Counted from the first letter of the stretch, positions 1 through 10,956 are shown. The stretch is DNA of 55,303 bases from Sunxiuqinia sp. (GCA_024635605.1 JAGXIR010000194.1:1-55303); one strand, 5' to 3'. The notes: generated by a model from the sequence alone, not told the origin. Made by a program: numbers and translations.

Positions 1-535
1 AGCCATCGAATTGATTTATCGCGATGGATTAAACGGAGGAAGCGATATTGGAAGTGTTGCAGCAGCCCGAGGACACCTGTTCTTTCCGGGATTCTTCACC
101 AACCACGGTATCAAGATTTTTAATGGTTACCAAAATAAAAAGTCAGGATCATCCTTTGCATTCGGCAATACCGTGCGGGTTCCAAGAGGTTATCACAGTT
201 TTCAAAACAATGAACTATACACTTTGGGTACTGATTATGTGATGCCGCTGCTTTATCCCGATTTTAGTCTTGGTCGGTTGATTTTTCTGAAACGTTTACG
301 ATCGTCTTTTTTCTATGATTATGGGCGAGCCAATGGAAATGTCTATTCCAGCGATGGTGAAATTGCCGGAAGATTTACTGCGAAGATGCAGTCGCTAGGG
401 GTTGAGCTAATGGCCGACGGACATTTTTTGCGTCTGGTGACGCCTGTATCCGTAGGTCTTCGGGGAGCGTATATCCCGGACACACAAAATTTTCATCTGC
501 AAGTGCTGTTCTCAGTGAGTTTCGATTCACTTTGA
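1..535 (+). CDS. C-terminal part of an outer-membrane beta-barrel protein (BamA/surface-antigen-like), probably truncated by the window edge
   Basis: Alternating aromatic/hydrophobic beta-strand pattern (FFYDYG, SLGVELMADG, VSVGLRGAY) and a C-terminal LFSVSF beta-signal-like end. The 3' end overlaps the convergent gene by 9 bp. Confidence 0.6.
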   Translation, partial: AIELIYRDGLNGGSDIGSVAAARGHLFFPGFFTNHGIKIFNGYQNKKSGSSFAFGNTVRVPRGYHSFQNNELYTLGTDYVMPLLYPDFSLGRLIFLKRLRSSFFYDYGRANGNVYSSDGEIAGRFTAKMQSLGVELMADGHFLRLVTPVSVGLRGAYIPDTQNFHLQVLFSVSFDSL

Positions 536-1729
536 CCGCAAAGTCAGAACGGTTATCTCTGGATTCATTTCAATGCGGCCCAACAGGCCAACACAACCAA
601 AGCCACGGTTAACGTATAAAAACTGGTCCTCGTGTCGGTACAAGCCGCCCCAGTATTTTTGTACAAAAAACATCGGACTGAACTCGATTCCGGCAAATTG
701 CACACCCGATTGCGCCGCATGGGTGTGTCCTGACAACGCCAATGGGATATCGGTTTTCCGAATCACTTGTGCTGCCCAATGCGCCGGGTCGTGGGTCAAC
801 AAAATTTTAAATGAATCATCAGAGGTTTGCTTAGTGGCTTTATCCAAATTGGCATATTGCGGAAAGGGATGATGTCCCCAGTTTTCAACACCAATTATTT
901 CAATCGGTGCATTGTTAATATCTAATTCAGCTGACTCATTTAGTAACAACCGAAAACCAGCAGCTTCAATTTTTTCCACCAGAATTTGATGGTTCAACAC
1001 TTTTGCTTCCTCATTTTGCCAGTTGGTATAGTCTCCATAGTCGTGATTTCCAAGAATGGCAAACTTGCCATAAGTTGCTTTCATATCAGCTAAATCCGCT
1101 TCAAATCCAACCATTTCCTGGTAGTAATTATTGACCATATCGCCTGTAAAAAAAATCAAGTCAGGCTGAAGATTATTCATCAACTTTGTTGTTCGCTTCA
1201 ACAACCGATTATTTTCAAAACTCCCCAAATGAAAGTCAGAAATCTGCACAAGCCGTATTCCATCCAACGACTTTGGGAGGTCTTTTAGGTACACATCCTG
1301 CTCAATCACGCGAAGCGATGTTCGCCCAAAAGCAATGCCATACCCAATGGTGATCATGACGCCAAGGCTAAGGATGGTTGCACTCATTAGCAATACTTGC
1401 GCAGGATACTTTGCCTGGAATAATCGAAAAAATAAGGAAATAAGAAAGGAGGCCGCCAATAATAATTTGGGAACCAGGTTTAAAAAAGACACAGAAATGA
1501 CAAAATAGAAAAACTGGTAATTTGTTGTTTCTCTAATTTTATCAGGATTCAGAAAGGCGAAAACCAAGATGCCGAATAAAGCAGCACTCAAGATCCCGTA
1601 ACCGATACTTACCCGCCACTTTATTTTTGGTTGATCCAGCAAATTACGAATGGCCCCAAAAGCCAGAAGCTCAACAATAAAAACCAGGGCAAAAAAGATT
1701 AACACGCCCGATCCCGGAATTCCTCTCAT
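527..1729 (-). CDS. Membrane-anchored metallophosphoesterase (calcineurin-like, YkuE-type)
   Basis: Four N-terminal TM segments; motifs DFH, GDMVN, GNHD, THDP and GHTH. Confidence 0.9.
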   Translation of the reverse strand: MRGIPGSGVLIFFALVFIVELLAFGAIRNLLDQPKIKWRVSIGYGILSAALFGILVFAFLNPDKIRETTNYQFFYFVISVSFLNLVPKLLLAASFLISLFFRLFQAKYPAQVLLMSATILSLGVMITIGYGIAFGRTSLRVIEQDVYLKDLPKSLDGIRLVQISDFHLGSFENNRLLKRTTKLMNNLQPDLIFFTGDMVNNYYQEMVGFEADLADMKATYGKFAILGNHDYGDYTNWQNEEAKVLNHQILVEKIEAAGFRLLLNESAELDINNAPIEIIGVENWGHHPFPQYANLDKATKQTSDDSFKILLTHDPAHWAAQVIRKTDIPLALSGHTHAAQSGVQFAGIEFSPMFFVQKYWGGLYRHEDQFLYVNRGFGCVGLLGRIEMNPEITVLTLRSK

Positions 1730-2568
1730 GTCTTGTTCTTAAAATTTACAAGGTTGATAAATTCAATTGAAAATTTACAGAAGCGAAATTAAACAAGCTC
1801 AGTGAGAAAAGATAGGATCAGCTTGAAATTTTCTCAATAAAGAAAAAAGACATTCCTAAAATCACTGGCTACTGGATGTTTGACCAAAATTTGATGCAAA
1901 CCAGCCATTTTGCACTATTTGTCCGGGAAAGATGAAGAAGGTTGAAAGACCATGTATTCATTCACTAACAGTCAATTATACATTTATATCGAATAGTTTG
2001 ACTGCCTTAGAATTGAATATTTGATTCATGTTGTACGATCACCCAGCAAATAAACAGGACAAATCAAGTTTTAATCAATCAGAAGAAGAAAACCAAAACA
2101 ACAAATTTCAATTCTGATTTGTAACAATAATTAGTTCAATCAAAACAAATGCGAATCCAAGAATATGACTACTGAGTTACAAAAGTCACTTTGAAAATGA
2201 CAAAATGCATTCAGCTCACCATACATTTGTTAATCAAAGGGTAGGGGAGTCGACTAAATAGTCTGCCGCCGATAATATATACTCATATTACTCATAATCA
2301 ATGTTTTAAGAATGTCTATTTGAAGTGTATATGCAAGTGTAACACTACTTGAGCGCCAACAATGCAAAAAACACTAATATACTAACATTTAGTTATCTTA
2401 TTATTAGTCTTTTATGAGATTTACCTAAACTGATAATTTAATATCATTTAAAGCATCATCATTAATTGTGTAAACAATGATTCACAAATGACAATCAAAG
2501 ATTCTTCTATTTTTGCTTTATTATCTAGATTGAATGGATTAGTTTTGTAAAAACAACAATTCTCATAA

Positions 2569-3003
2569 ATGAATAGCAGGATAAAGCGTTTTATGGATTA
2601 CAAAAGCATCAGCTCATCGGAGCTTGCTGATACCATAGGAGTGCAACGGTCTAATGTGACTCATGTGCTTCACGGACGTAACAAGCCAAGTTTTCAGTTT
2701 ATCGCTAAGCTATTGGAAACCTATCCTGAAATTAGTGCCAAGTGGTTGATTATGGGCAATGGAAACATGTTGGAAGACGGACAGATTGACCAACAACAAC
2801 TATTCCCTGAGGATGTAAAACAGGAAAAGCTGAAAGCCCCAGAGCTGAAAGTTACCAATAAAGCCAATGAAGTTACTCCTCCTCAAATTCCTTTTCAACA
2901 AGCCAATACAGCCAATTCTGTAGCTCCTGCAACCAAGGAAATTGAACGAATTGTTGTCTTCTATACCGACCAAACTTTTAAAGAATACGGTCCTTCAAAA
3001 TAA
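2569..3003 (+). CDS. XRE-family helix-turn-helix DNA-binding protein
   Basis: N-terminal HTH (SSSELADTIGVQRSNVTHVLHGRNKPS...WLIMGNG), a low-complexity linker and a C-terminal IERIVVFYTDQTF motif. Confidence 0.85.
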   Translation: MNSRIKRFMDYKSISSSELADTIGVQRSNVTHVLHGRNKPSFQFIAKLLETYPEISAKWLIMGNGNMLEDGQIDQQQLFPEDVKQEKLKAPELKVTNKANEVTPPQIPFQQANTANSVAPATKEIERIVVFYTDQTFKEYGPSK

Positions 3004-3014
3004 ATTTTTCTGGT

Positions 3015-3022
3015 TATCTTTG
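3015..3022 (+). promoter_or_regulatory. Bacteroidota sigma-ABfr -7 box upstream of pyrK
   Basis: TATCTTTG matches TAnnTTTG, about 110 bp before pyrK. Confidence 0.55.
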
Positions 3023-3133
3023 CCCGGATATTTAGTATCTGTGAAACGAGCCATGCCCGACTCAATAGAAACGGGCACTTGCTTATTGTGGCTGGTTGCA
3101 TGTGTTACCTTATAAAACAAATAATTCAAACAC

Positions 3134-3907
3134 ATGAAAAAGAAGGTTGAGGAACTACTTCTGGTTGAAAACATCCAATTAAATCACGATAATTTCAAGC
3201 TTGTCCTTCAAGCTCCCACAAAATTGCCCCAAATGTTTCCCGGGCAATTTGTTAATCTGGAAATAAAGAAAGCCACGGAAATCTTTTTGAGGCGGCCATT
3301 TTCGGTTCTGGATGTGGATTACGAAAACAATACCTTTTCATTACTTGTAAAAATACTGGGGCGAGGCTCAAGAGTATTAACAACTTATCGGGCTGGCGAC
3401 AAAATCAGTGTAATTTTTCCGCTGGGTAGTCGTTTTACCTTACCGGAGGAGGACGATAAAGTGCTGTTGGTTGGAGGCGGCAGTGGAGTTGCACCAATGC
3501 TTTTTTTAGCTAAAATCTGCGACTTAAAGCCCGAAAAAGTGCATGTGATCATTGGGGCCCGAAGCATAGAAGATCATATTGATGTCGCATCGTACAAGGC
3601 GCACGGCAATTACTACTTTACCACAGAGGATGGCAGTTTGGGTGAAAAAGGATTTGTGACCCACCATCCGGTTTTTAGTGAGCAATTGAGTTCATTCGAT
3701 AAAGTTTACACTTGTGGACCCGATCTGATGATGAAAGCGGTAGCCAAAGCGGCTGCAGAAAAACTAGTGTTTTGCGAAGCCTCGCTTGAAAATATGATGG
3801 CCTGCGGGTTTGGTGTTTGCCTGTGTTGCGTGGAAAAAACAGTCGATGGTAATCAATGTGTTTGTACTGATGGACCGGTATTTAATATTAATAAGCTGAC
3901 ATGGTAG
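3134..3907 (+). CDS. pyrK: Dihydroorotate dehydrogenase electron transfer subunit
   Basis: FAD motif RRPFS, NAD motif [13 protein letters not shown] and the 2Fe-2S motif CGFGVCLCC...C. Overlaps pyrD. Confidence 0.95.
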   Translation: MKKKVEELLLVENIQLNHDNFKLVLQAPTKLPQMFPGQFVNLEIKKATEIFLRRPFSVLDVDYENNTFSLLVKILGRGSRVLTTYRAGDKISVIFPLGSRFTLPEEDDKVLLVGGGSGVAPMLFLAKICDLKPEKVHVIIGARSIEDHIDVASYKAHGNYYFTTEDGSLGEKGFVTHHPVFSEQLSSFDKVYTCGPDLMMKAVAKAAAEKLVFCEASLENMMACGFGVCLCCVEKTVDGNQCVCTDGPVFNINKLTW

Positions 3908-4812
3908 ATTTAAGAGTTCGCATAAAAGATCTTGTTTTTAAAAATCCGGTTTTAACGGCCTCCGGAACATGTGGTTTTGGAGAAGAAATTGCTGATTTTA
4001 TTGATCTATCCAAGCTGGGGGGAGTGGTTATGAAAGGTACCACACTGAAGCCACGCCAGGGGAATGACTATCCAAGAATGGCTGAAACACCTTCGGGAAT
4101 GCTTAATGCCGTGGGCCTGCAGAATAAGGGCGTTGATAATTTCATCCAAAACATTTACCCCAATATAAAAGATATCGATAGTCGATTCATCGTCAATGTA
4201 AATGGTTCAACCATTGAAGAGTACGTTGAATTAACCGAACGGATTAACGAGCTGGACAAAATTCCGGCGATTGAGCTCAATATCAGTTGTCCGAATGTAA
4301 AGGAAGGTGGAATGGCTTTTGGTGTGAGCTGCCCTTCGGCCGAGGCTGTTGTTCGTGCTGTTCGAAAAGTGTACGATAAACCGTTGATTGTTAAGCTCTC
4401 ACCAAATGTGACTGATATTTCGGAAATAGCCAAGGCTGTAGAAGGACAAGGTGCCGACAGCGTTTCGCTTGTCAATACGTTTTTAGGAATGGCAGTCGAT
4501 GCCAATAGCCGTAAACCAGTTCTATCGACCATCACAGGTGGACTTTCGGGGCCAGCTATTAAGCCCATTGCCTTGAGAATGGTTTGGCAGGTGTATAATT
4601 CCGTAAAAATCCCGATTATTGGGATGGGTGGGATTATGAATGCAACCGATGCGATTGAGTTTTTAATTGCAGGGGCATCTGCAGTCCAGGTTGGAACAGC
4701 TATTTTTATTGATCCAACCATTCCTATTCAAATTGTAGATGGTATTGAAGATTATCTAAAGATTAATAACGTACAATCAGTCAATGAGTTAATTGGTAGT
4801 TTACAAATATAA
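3901..4812 (+). CDS. pyrD: Dihydroorotate dehydrogenase family 1B, catalytic subunit
   Basis: [15 protein letters not shown] (catalytic Cys), [15 protein letters not shown]. Confidence 0.96.
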   Translation: MVDLRVRIKDLVFKNPVLTASGTCGFGEEIADFIDLSKLGGVVMKGTTLKPRQGNDYPRMAETPSGMLNAVGLQNKGVDNFIQNIYPNIKDIDSRFIVNVNGSTIEEYVELTERINELDKIPAIELNISCPNVKEGGMAFGVSCPSAEAVVRAVRKVYDKPLIVKLSPNVTDISEIAKAVEGQGADSVSLVNTFLGMAVDANSRKPVLSTITGGLSGPAIKPIALRMVWQVYNSVKIPIIGMGGIMNATDAIEFLIAGASAVQVGTAIFIDPTIPIQIVDGIEDYLKINNVQSVNELIGSLQI

Positions 4813-4839
4813 ACCATTCAAAAATTCATATTTACAAAT

Positions 4840-6141
4840 ATGAAATATTTTAGATATACGGTGTTAATTATTTTGTTTGTCTTATCCTATGGATCCAAAC
4901 GAGTCAACCGGGAAAAGCACATACCTGCATACTACGAGCTTGAAATGAAAGGGCTCAATTATCGCATAAAAAATGGGCTTTCAGATTTCGAACAATCCAA
5001 GTACATTGACAAACAAGTCAAGCGGTTCATTCAGAGGTGGGAGTTGCGAGGGGTGTCGATAGCGGTTTTAAAGGACGAAAAATTGGTTTATGCCCAGGGG
5101 TTTGGAGAAGCAGACAGACAAGGCGACGATGTTCAGCCCGGACACCTTTTCCGGGTTGCCAGTGTTTCTAAACTGCTAACGGCAATCGCAATCATGAAGC
5201 TGGTGGAAGAAAATCAGCTGGCTCTTTCAGATCAAGTTTTTGGACCAGGTGCAATCATCGATAATCAGCATTTCGTGGATGTACGCGATAAAAAACTGTA
5301 CAACATTACTGTTCGTAATCTTTTGGCGCACTCCGGAGGATGGTCCCAGCGCTATGGCGATCCGGCCTTCCACTCCCTGAGTATAGCCGACAAAGTTGGA
5401 GATACGCCCCCTGCAACAATGGATACTTATTCAAAATACATTGCCAGCCGGCAACTGTCTTTTCCCCCAGGAACACAAGTTTCATACTCCAATGTGGGAT
5501 ACATGTTCTTGGGTGAAGTGATTTCGGCCGTTACCGGGAAAAGCTACGAAGACTATATACGGGAAGACATCCTGATTCCTAACGGGATTGTTGATATGCA
5601 CATTGGACGCAGTAATTTTGCCTATAAATTTCCAAATGAAGTTGATTATTTTGAACAATCCGGGAGTCAACTCATCTTCAGCTATGAGGGCAGCGGCGTT
5701 CAGGTTCCAAAATCCTATGGAGGCAATCCGATTGAATTGCTCGGTGCTGCCGGCGGCTGGATCTGCTCGTCTGTTGAGCTGGCCCGCTTGCTGGTTTTGA
5801 TCGATGGCTATCCCAATGTCCGCGATATCCTGGAAGATAGTTCCATTCTTGAAATGACAGATAATACCTATGCGAAGGGTCCGCTGGGCTGGCGTTCAAC
5901 AACCGGGCATGGTAACTGGTCTCGTACCGGAAGCATGGCCGGATCGGTAGCGATGCTTAAGCGCCAGCACAATGGTATTAGCTGGATTTTTTTATCCAAC
6001 ACCAGCAGCTGGCAGGGATCAAAATTTTCATCCGGGATTAACAGTTTCATGCAGGGTCTTACAAGCAAGGTGAAAGAATGGCCACAGCAGGATTTATTCA
6101 ATTATTACCCCATCGAAATCCTACCTTTGGCCATCAATTAG
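4840..6141 (+). CDS. Exported serine hydrolase (beta-lactamase class C/AmpC-like family)
   Basis: N-terminal hydrophobic segment; SxxK (SVSK), LLAHSGG, YSN and RTG motifs. Confidence 0.85.
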   Translation: MKYFRYTVLIILFVLSYGSKRVNREKHIPAYYELEMKGLNYRIKNGLSDFEQSKYIDKQVKRFIQRWELRGVSIAVLKDEKLVYAQGFGEADRQGDDVQPGHLFRVASVSKLLTAIAIMKLVEENQLALSDQVFGPGAIIDNQHFVDVRDKKLYNITVRNLLAHSGGWSQRYGDPAFHSLSIADKVGDTPPATMDTYSKYIASRQLSFPPGTQVSYSNVGYMFLGEVISAVTGKSYEDYIREDILIPNGIVDMHIGRSNFAYKFPNEVDYFEQSGSQLIFSYEGSGVQVPKSYGGNPIELLGAAGGWICSSVELARLLVLIDGYPNVRDILEDSSILEMTDNTYAKGPLGWRSTTGHGNWSRTGSMAGSVAMLKRQHNGISWIFLSNTSSWQGSKFSSGINSFMQGLTSKVKEWPQQDLFNYYPIEILPLAIN

Positions 6142-6235
6142 GGACGTGTTTTTCAGCATGATTTTCCCCATTTTCACTTTCGATCTCTTTTTTTTTCTAA
6201 ATTTAAACGAAATCTGAAAAGAGGAGGAATGATTT

Positions 6236-6688
6236 ATGAAGTTATCTTTTTGTATCTGCTGCTTTCTTATTGCAGTATCTTCAAAAGCTCAGGAAATATT
6301 TCAGTTTAAACAAACGCCATGCGAATTTCCGGAAATTAGAGAATGTACTTTCGACGAATTGTTAGGCGAAACCTTGTCCGTTAAGTTGGAACAATTCAAT
6401 CGGATATACACCAAAAAAGTGAATCTTGGGCCACCAAGCTATACCGCTTCTATTGAAATTAAAAAGCCCGATCTTTATTATTCCATTCAAAAATTAACCA
6501 AACACTACAGAAAGTGTAAAAAGAAGGATATTCTTTCTCAGGAAAAAATTGAAAAAGAAATGGTCGAAATTATAAATAAATCAATTCTCATTTTCAACCA
6601 GGAGACTGATTCTGTTGAACAAGAGCTAAGACAGGCTAACAATTCGAAAGATATCATAGGAGTTTTCGAGAGAATTATCATCGAATAG
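6236..6688 (+). CDS. Hypothetical exported protein
   Basis: 150-aa ORF with a signal-peptide-like start (SKA-Q). No family recognised. Confidence 0.6.
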   Translation: MKLSFCICCFLIAVSSKAQEIFQFKQTPCEFPEIRECTFDELLGETLSVKLEQFNRIYTKKVNLGPPSYTASIEIKKPDLYYSIQKLTKHYRKCKKKDILSQEKIEKEMVEIINKSILIFNQETDSVEQELRQANNSKDIIGVFERIIIE

Positions 6689-6874
6689 TCGCTTTTTACT
6701 TCTGAATTTTCTCAGGCCAAACCATCCGTCAACAGGAAGCCTTATTTCGCTGGTATCTCTGTTGATCAAAATCATTTACCATCATTTTTTAAGCTTGAAC
6801 TTTTCAATTCATAGCTTGTTGAATAAGTTGAATTTTCAAGGATAATCAAATGTTAAATAACTAATTTTTGGAGT

Positions 6875-8230
6875 ATGTCAGAGTTCAAGATCCTAATGCC
6901 TAAACTAGGCGAAAGTGTTCAGGAAGCTACAATTACCAAATGGTTTGTCAAAGAGGGAGATACAATTGAGGAGGACGATCCTGTATTCGAAGTGGCAACC
7001 GATAAAGTAGATTCTGAAATCCCATCGCCTGTTGATGGTGTCATTACAAAAATATTCTTTCAGGAAGATGCATTGGTTCCTGTGGGAGAAGTTGTTGCCA
7101 TTGTCAATTTGGGAGGAGATGATGACAGTGAGGCCGAAAAAACAGCACAAACAACGGATAAAGAAAAAGAAGAAGTTCCTGCCCCAACAGTTGAAGCCGT
7201 TACAGAGGATCCCGCTCTCGTAAAGGAAACAAAAGCCGAAGTAAGTAAACCAGCAGGCACCTCAGTTAAAAGTGCAAGTGTCAAATCAGAATCGAAACGC
7301 TTTTATTCTCCACTGGTTAAAAGTATTGCTGAAAAAGAAAATGTTTCACTGGAGGAGCTTGAAACGATCGAAGGTTCGGGACAAAACGGACGCGTGCAGA
7401 AAAACGACCTGCTTAAATACCTGGAAGATAAAGAAGCGGGTAAAGTTGGTCAATCTAAAACCACTGAAAAAGCTGACGTTTCAAAACACTCAGCACCAAA
7501 AATCAGCTCGTCAATTGGCGCCGGCCAACAAATTATTGAAATGGATCGTGTTCGCAAGTTGATTGCCGACCACATGGTGAAATCAAAGCAAACTTCGGCT
7601 CACGTAACTTCAGTCGTTGAAGCCGACGTTACCAACCTGGTTCTTTGGAGAAACAAAATAAAAAATCAATTTCAGGAAAAATATGGTGAGAAAATCACTT
7701 TCATGCCGGTGTTTACAGAAGCTGTCGCTAAAGCTTTGATGGAATTTCCAATTGTGAATTCCTCTGTTGAAGGCGATAAAATCTATTTACACAAGTCAGC
7801 AAATGTAGCCATCGCTGTTGCCAAACCAGATGGTAATTTGGTCGTTCCGGTTATTAAGGAGGCCGAACAAAAGAATTTGCTAGGCATTGCCAAAAACCTG
7901 AATGAACTGGCCGAGGGAGCACGATATAACAAACTTAAACCCGAGGCTTACCAGGGCGGAACCTTTACCATTACCAATTTTGGTTCATTCAGAAATGTGA
8001 TTGGCACCCCAATTATCAACCAGCCGCAAGTCGCGATTTTGGCAACGGGTACCATCGAGAAGAAACCCGCAGTGATGGAAACCCCAACCGGAGATGTGAT
8101 TGTTGTCAGGCACAAGATGTTTCTTTCGCTGTCGTACGATCACCGGATCATTGATGGCGCCATGGGAGGAGCTTTTGTACGACGTATAGCAGACATTCTG
8201 GAAGCTTTCGATATAGATCGTGAAATCTGA
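6875..8230 (+). CDS. 2-oxoacid dehydrogenase E2 dihydrolipoamide acyltransferase (branched-chain type)
   Basis: Lipoyl domain ATDKVDSE, E3-binding domain (SPLVKSIA...GSGQNGRV) and catalytic DHRIIDG. Confidence 0.93.
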   Translation: MSEFKILMPKLGESVQEATITKWFVKEGDTIEEDDPVFEVATDKVDSEIPSPVDGVITKIFFQEDALVPVGEVVAIVNLGGDDDSEAEKTAQTTDKEKEEVPAPTVEAVTEDPALVKETKAEVSKPAGTSVKSASVKSESKRFYSPLVKSIAEKENVSLEELETIEGSGQNGRVQKNDLLKYLEDKEAGKVGQSKTTEKADVSKHSAPKISSSIGAGQQIIEMDRVRKLIADHMVKSKQTSAHVTSVVEADVTNLVLWRNKIKNQFQEKYGEKITFMPVFTEAVAKALMEFPIVNSSVEGDKIYLHKSANVAIAVAKPDGNLVVPVIKEAEQKNLLGIAKNLNELAEGARYNKLKPEAYQGGTFTITNFGSFRNVIGTPIINQPQVAILATGTIEKKPAVMETPTGDVIVVRHKMFLSLSYDHRIIDGAMGGAFVRRIADILEAFDIDREI

Positions 8231-8275
8231 GATGGATCATGTAAAGTTTAGAACTAATTTAGATAGAATTTAGAG

Positions 8276-10318
8276 ATGACAACGATACCAAAAGTATATT
8301 CAATTAAAAATACACCTAAAGAAACACTTGAATCCTGGTTCAGACTGATGACGCTTGGACGTGCAATTGACGATAAAGCGCCCAACTACCTGAAACAAGC
8401 GATTGGGTGGTCGTATCATGCGCCCTACGCAGGGCACGATGGTATTCAGCTGGCAATTGGTCAGATTTTTGAAAAACAAAAAGATCACCTGTTTCCGTAT
8501 TATCGCGACATGCTGACTGCTTTTTCAGCGGGAATGACAGCCGAAGAGCTTATTTTAAATGGTATTTCAAAGGCAACCGATCCGTCAAGTGGAGGACGGC
8601 ACATGTCGAACCATTTTGCCAAACCAGAATGGAACATTCACAATGTTTCGTCTTTAACCGGAAACCACACGTTGCATGCTGTCGGGGCTGCCCGTGCAAT
8701 AAAGTATTATGGCGAAAAAGCTGTTGCCATCAGTTCACAGGGTGAATCGTCCTTGTCCGAAGGGTATGTTTACGAAGCCATTAACGGTGCTTCCAAGGAA
8801 AAGCTTCCGGTGATTTTTGCTGTGCAGGACAATGGCTACGGAATTTCAGTACCTAAAAAAGACCAGACTGCCACCCGCAAAGTGGCCAACAACTTCAAAA
8901 GCTTCAAAAACCTGCGCATCATTCACTGTAATGGAAAAGATGTTTTTGATTCGATGAATGCCATGACCGAAGCCAAAAAGCACGTGCTGGAAGTTGGTGA
9001 GCCTGTTATTGTTCAGGCCAACTGCGTGCGCATGCGTTCGCATTCAAACTCCGACCGCCATGATTTGTACCGCTCAGAAGCGGAACGTCAATATGTAATG
9101 GAGTATGATCCACTGGCTAAATTCAGGAGATTGTTGATTCGCTACAAACGATTTACCGAAGAAGAAATTGTGGCACTTGAAGCAGAAGCAAAAGTGATCT
9201 TAAAAGCAGCACACAAAGCCGCTTTGGCCGCTCCCGACCCTGATCCTGCAACCTATCCAGATTTTGTAATCCCTGAGCCGTATGTTTCAGAAAAATATCC
9301 GGATGGAACGCATCAAGAAGAAGGCGAGAAAAAGAAATTGATTGCCGGTTTAAATGAAACGCTCAAAGCAGAATTCAAGCACAACCCAGATACCTTCATG
9401 TGGGGACAGGACATGGCCAATAAGGATAAGGGAGGCATTTTTAATGTTTCCAAAGGTCTTCAGCAGGAATTTGGACCGGAACGTATTTTTAATGCTCCGA
9501 TTGCGGAGGATTTCATCATGGGGACAGCCAATGGCATGTCACGTTTCAGCGAGAAAATACGAATTGTTGTTGAAGGCGCTGAATTTGCAGATTACTTTTG
9601 GCCTGCCATGGAGCAATACGTTGATTCCAGTCATGATTACTGGCGTTCAAACGGAAAGTTCACTCCAAATGTGACGATCCGTCTGGCTTCTGGTGGCTAC
9701 ATCGGTGGTGGATTGTACCATTCACAAAACATCGAAGGGGCCTTAACATCCATTCCAGGTGTTCGGATTGTTTATCCATCCTTTGCAGATGATGCCGCAG
9801 GGCTTTTAAGGACTTCCATTCGCTCACGGGGCATGACGATGTTCATGGAGCCAAAGGCTTTGTATAACGACCCCAAGGCAGCATCTGTGATTCCTGACGA
9901 TTTTGAAGTTCCATTTGGAAAAGCCCGTACACGAAGAGAGGGAAGCGACTTGTTTATTGTGACTTATGGCAACACGACACACCATTGCCTGGAAGCTGCC
10001 AACAAGCTTGCAGAAGAAGGAATTGAGTGTGAAGTTCTTGACTTGAGATCATTGGTTCCATTGGATAAAGAGGCCATTCTGACTGGTGTGAAAAGGATTG
10101 GAAAAGTATTGGTTGTTCATGAAGACAAGGTGCATTCCGGATTTGGGGCTGAAATTGCAGCAACCATCATGGAAGAAGCCTTTGAATATCTGGACGGCCC
10201 TGTTCACCGTGTTGGTTCACCTTTTACCCCGGTTGGTTTTCATCCAATATTGGAACGAGCCATTTTGCCCAATACAACTAAAATTTATGAAGCTGCCAAA
10301 AAAATTCTTGCTTATTAA
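8276..10318 (+). CDS. 2-oxoacid (2-oxoisovalerate) dehydrogenase E1, fused alpha/beta
   Basis: PYYRD, TPP-binding region GESSLSEG...QDNGYGIS, HSNSD; beta part with NAPIAE, HSQ, EPK and DLRSLVPLD. Confidence 0.93.
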   Translation: MTTIPKVYSIKNTPKETLESWFRLMTLGRAIDDKAPNYLKQAIGWSYHAPYAGHDGIQLAIGQIFEKQKDHLFPYYRDMLTAFSAGMTAEELILNGISKATDPSSGGRHMSNHFAKPEWNIHNVSSLTGNHTLHAVGAARAIKYYGEKAVAISSQGESSLSEGYVYEAINGASKEKLPVIFAVQDNGYGISVPKKDQTATRKVANNFKSFKNLRIIHCNGKDVFDSMNAMTEAKKHVLEVGEPVIVQANCVRMRSHSNSDRHDLYRSEAERQYVMEYDPLAKFRRLLIRYKRFTEEEIVALEAEAKVILKAAHKAALAAPDPDPATYPDFVIPEPYVSEKYPDGTHQEEGEKKKLIAGLNETLKAEFKHNPDTFMWGQDMANKDKGGIFNVSKGLQQEFGPERIFNAPIAEDFIMGTANGMSRFSEKIRIVVEGAEFADYFWPAMEQYVDSSHDYWRSNGKFTPNVTIRLASGGYIGGGLYHSQNIEGALTSIPGVRIVYPSFADDAAGLLRTSIRSRGMTMFMEPKALYNDPKAASVIPDDFEVPFGKARTRREGSDLFIVTYGNTTHHCLEAANKLAEEGIECEVLDLRSLVPLDKEAILTGVKRIGKVLVVHEDKVHSGFGAEIAATIMEEAFEYLDGPVHRVGSPFTPVGFHPILERAILPNTTKIYEAAKKILAY

Positions 10319-10329
10319 AAATAGAAAAT

Positions 10330-10836
10330 ATGAGTATTGCGATTATCTATAGTTTTACTTCGAACAAAACGGCGAAGGCAGGAGAGAAGATTGTTAGCGG
10401 ATTTGGCAAAAGCCTGAAGCTCGATGTTGTCAATGCCGATGACTTGACGGAAGAAAAGTTTTTAGCTTATGACCAGCTGATTTTAGGAGTACCTACCTGG
10501 TTTGACGGAGAATTACCCCATTACTGGGACGAATTTGTTCCCGCTATGGAAGAAATGGAAATGAAAGGAAAGAAAGTGGCCATTTATGGCTTGGCCGATC
10601 AGGTTGGCTACCCAGAGAACTTTGCTGATGGAGTAGGTATTCTGGCGCGTCTCTTGCGTGATCGGGGAGCTGAAATCGTTGGTCAGACCGCCATCGACAA
10701 TTATACATTTGAGTCTTCACACGCCATTGAAAACGGCCAGTTTTTAGGCTTGGTGCTGGATCAGGAAAACCAGGCCCGCCTGTCAAAAAAACGAATTGAA
10801 AATTGGTTGGAAGACCTTAAAAAGATTTTCAAATAG
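10330..10836 (+). CDS. Long-chain flavodoxin
   Basis: GVPTWFDGEL, GLADQVGYPENFADG and FLGLVLDQENQ. Confidence 0.92.
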   Translation: MSIAIIYSFTSNKTAKAGEKIVSGFGKSLKLDVVNADDLTEEKFLAYDQLILGVPTWFDGELPHYWDEFVPAMEEMEMKGKKVAIYGLADQVGYPENFADGVGILARLLRDRGAEIVGQTAIDNYTFESSHAIENGQFLGLVLDQENQARLSKKRIENWLEDLKKIFK

Positions 10837-10862
10837 ACTCTGACAGCTATTCGAAAGTTAGT

Positions 10863-10892
10863 AAGCATGGGCATTTTTGCCCATGCTTTTTT
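10863..10892 (+). terminator. Rho-independent terminator after flavodoxin
   Basis: AAGCATGGGCA-TTTT-TGCCCATGCTT followed by a T run. Confidence 0.85.
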
Positions 10893-10956
10893 ATGAAAAA
10901 AAGGTAAAGTCGAAACTTTAGCTCGTACCGAATCTAAGTTCTGCTGAGGGAAAACG

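Noticed and set aside
4840-6141. Antibiotic-resistance beta-lactamase call
   Set aside because: SxxK/YxN motifs are shared by esterases and peptidases of this superfamily, so the substrate cannot be assigned.
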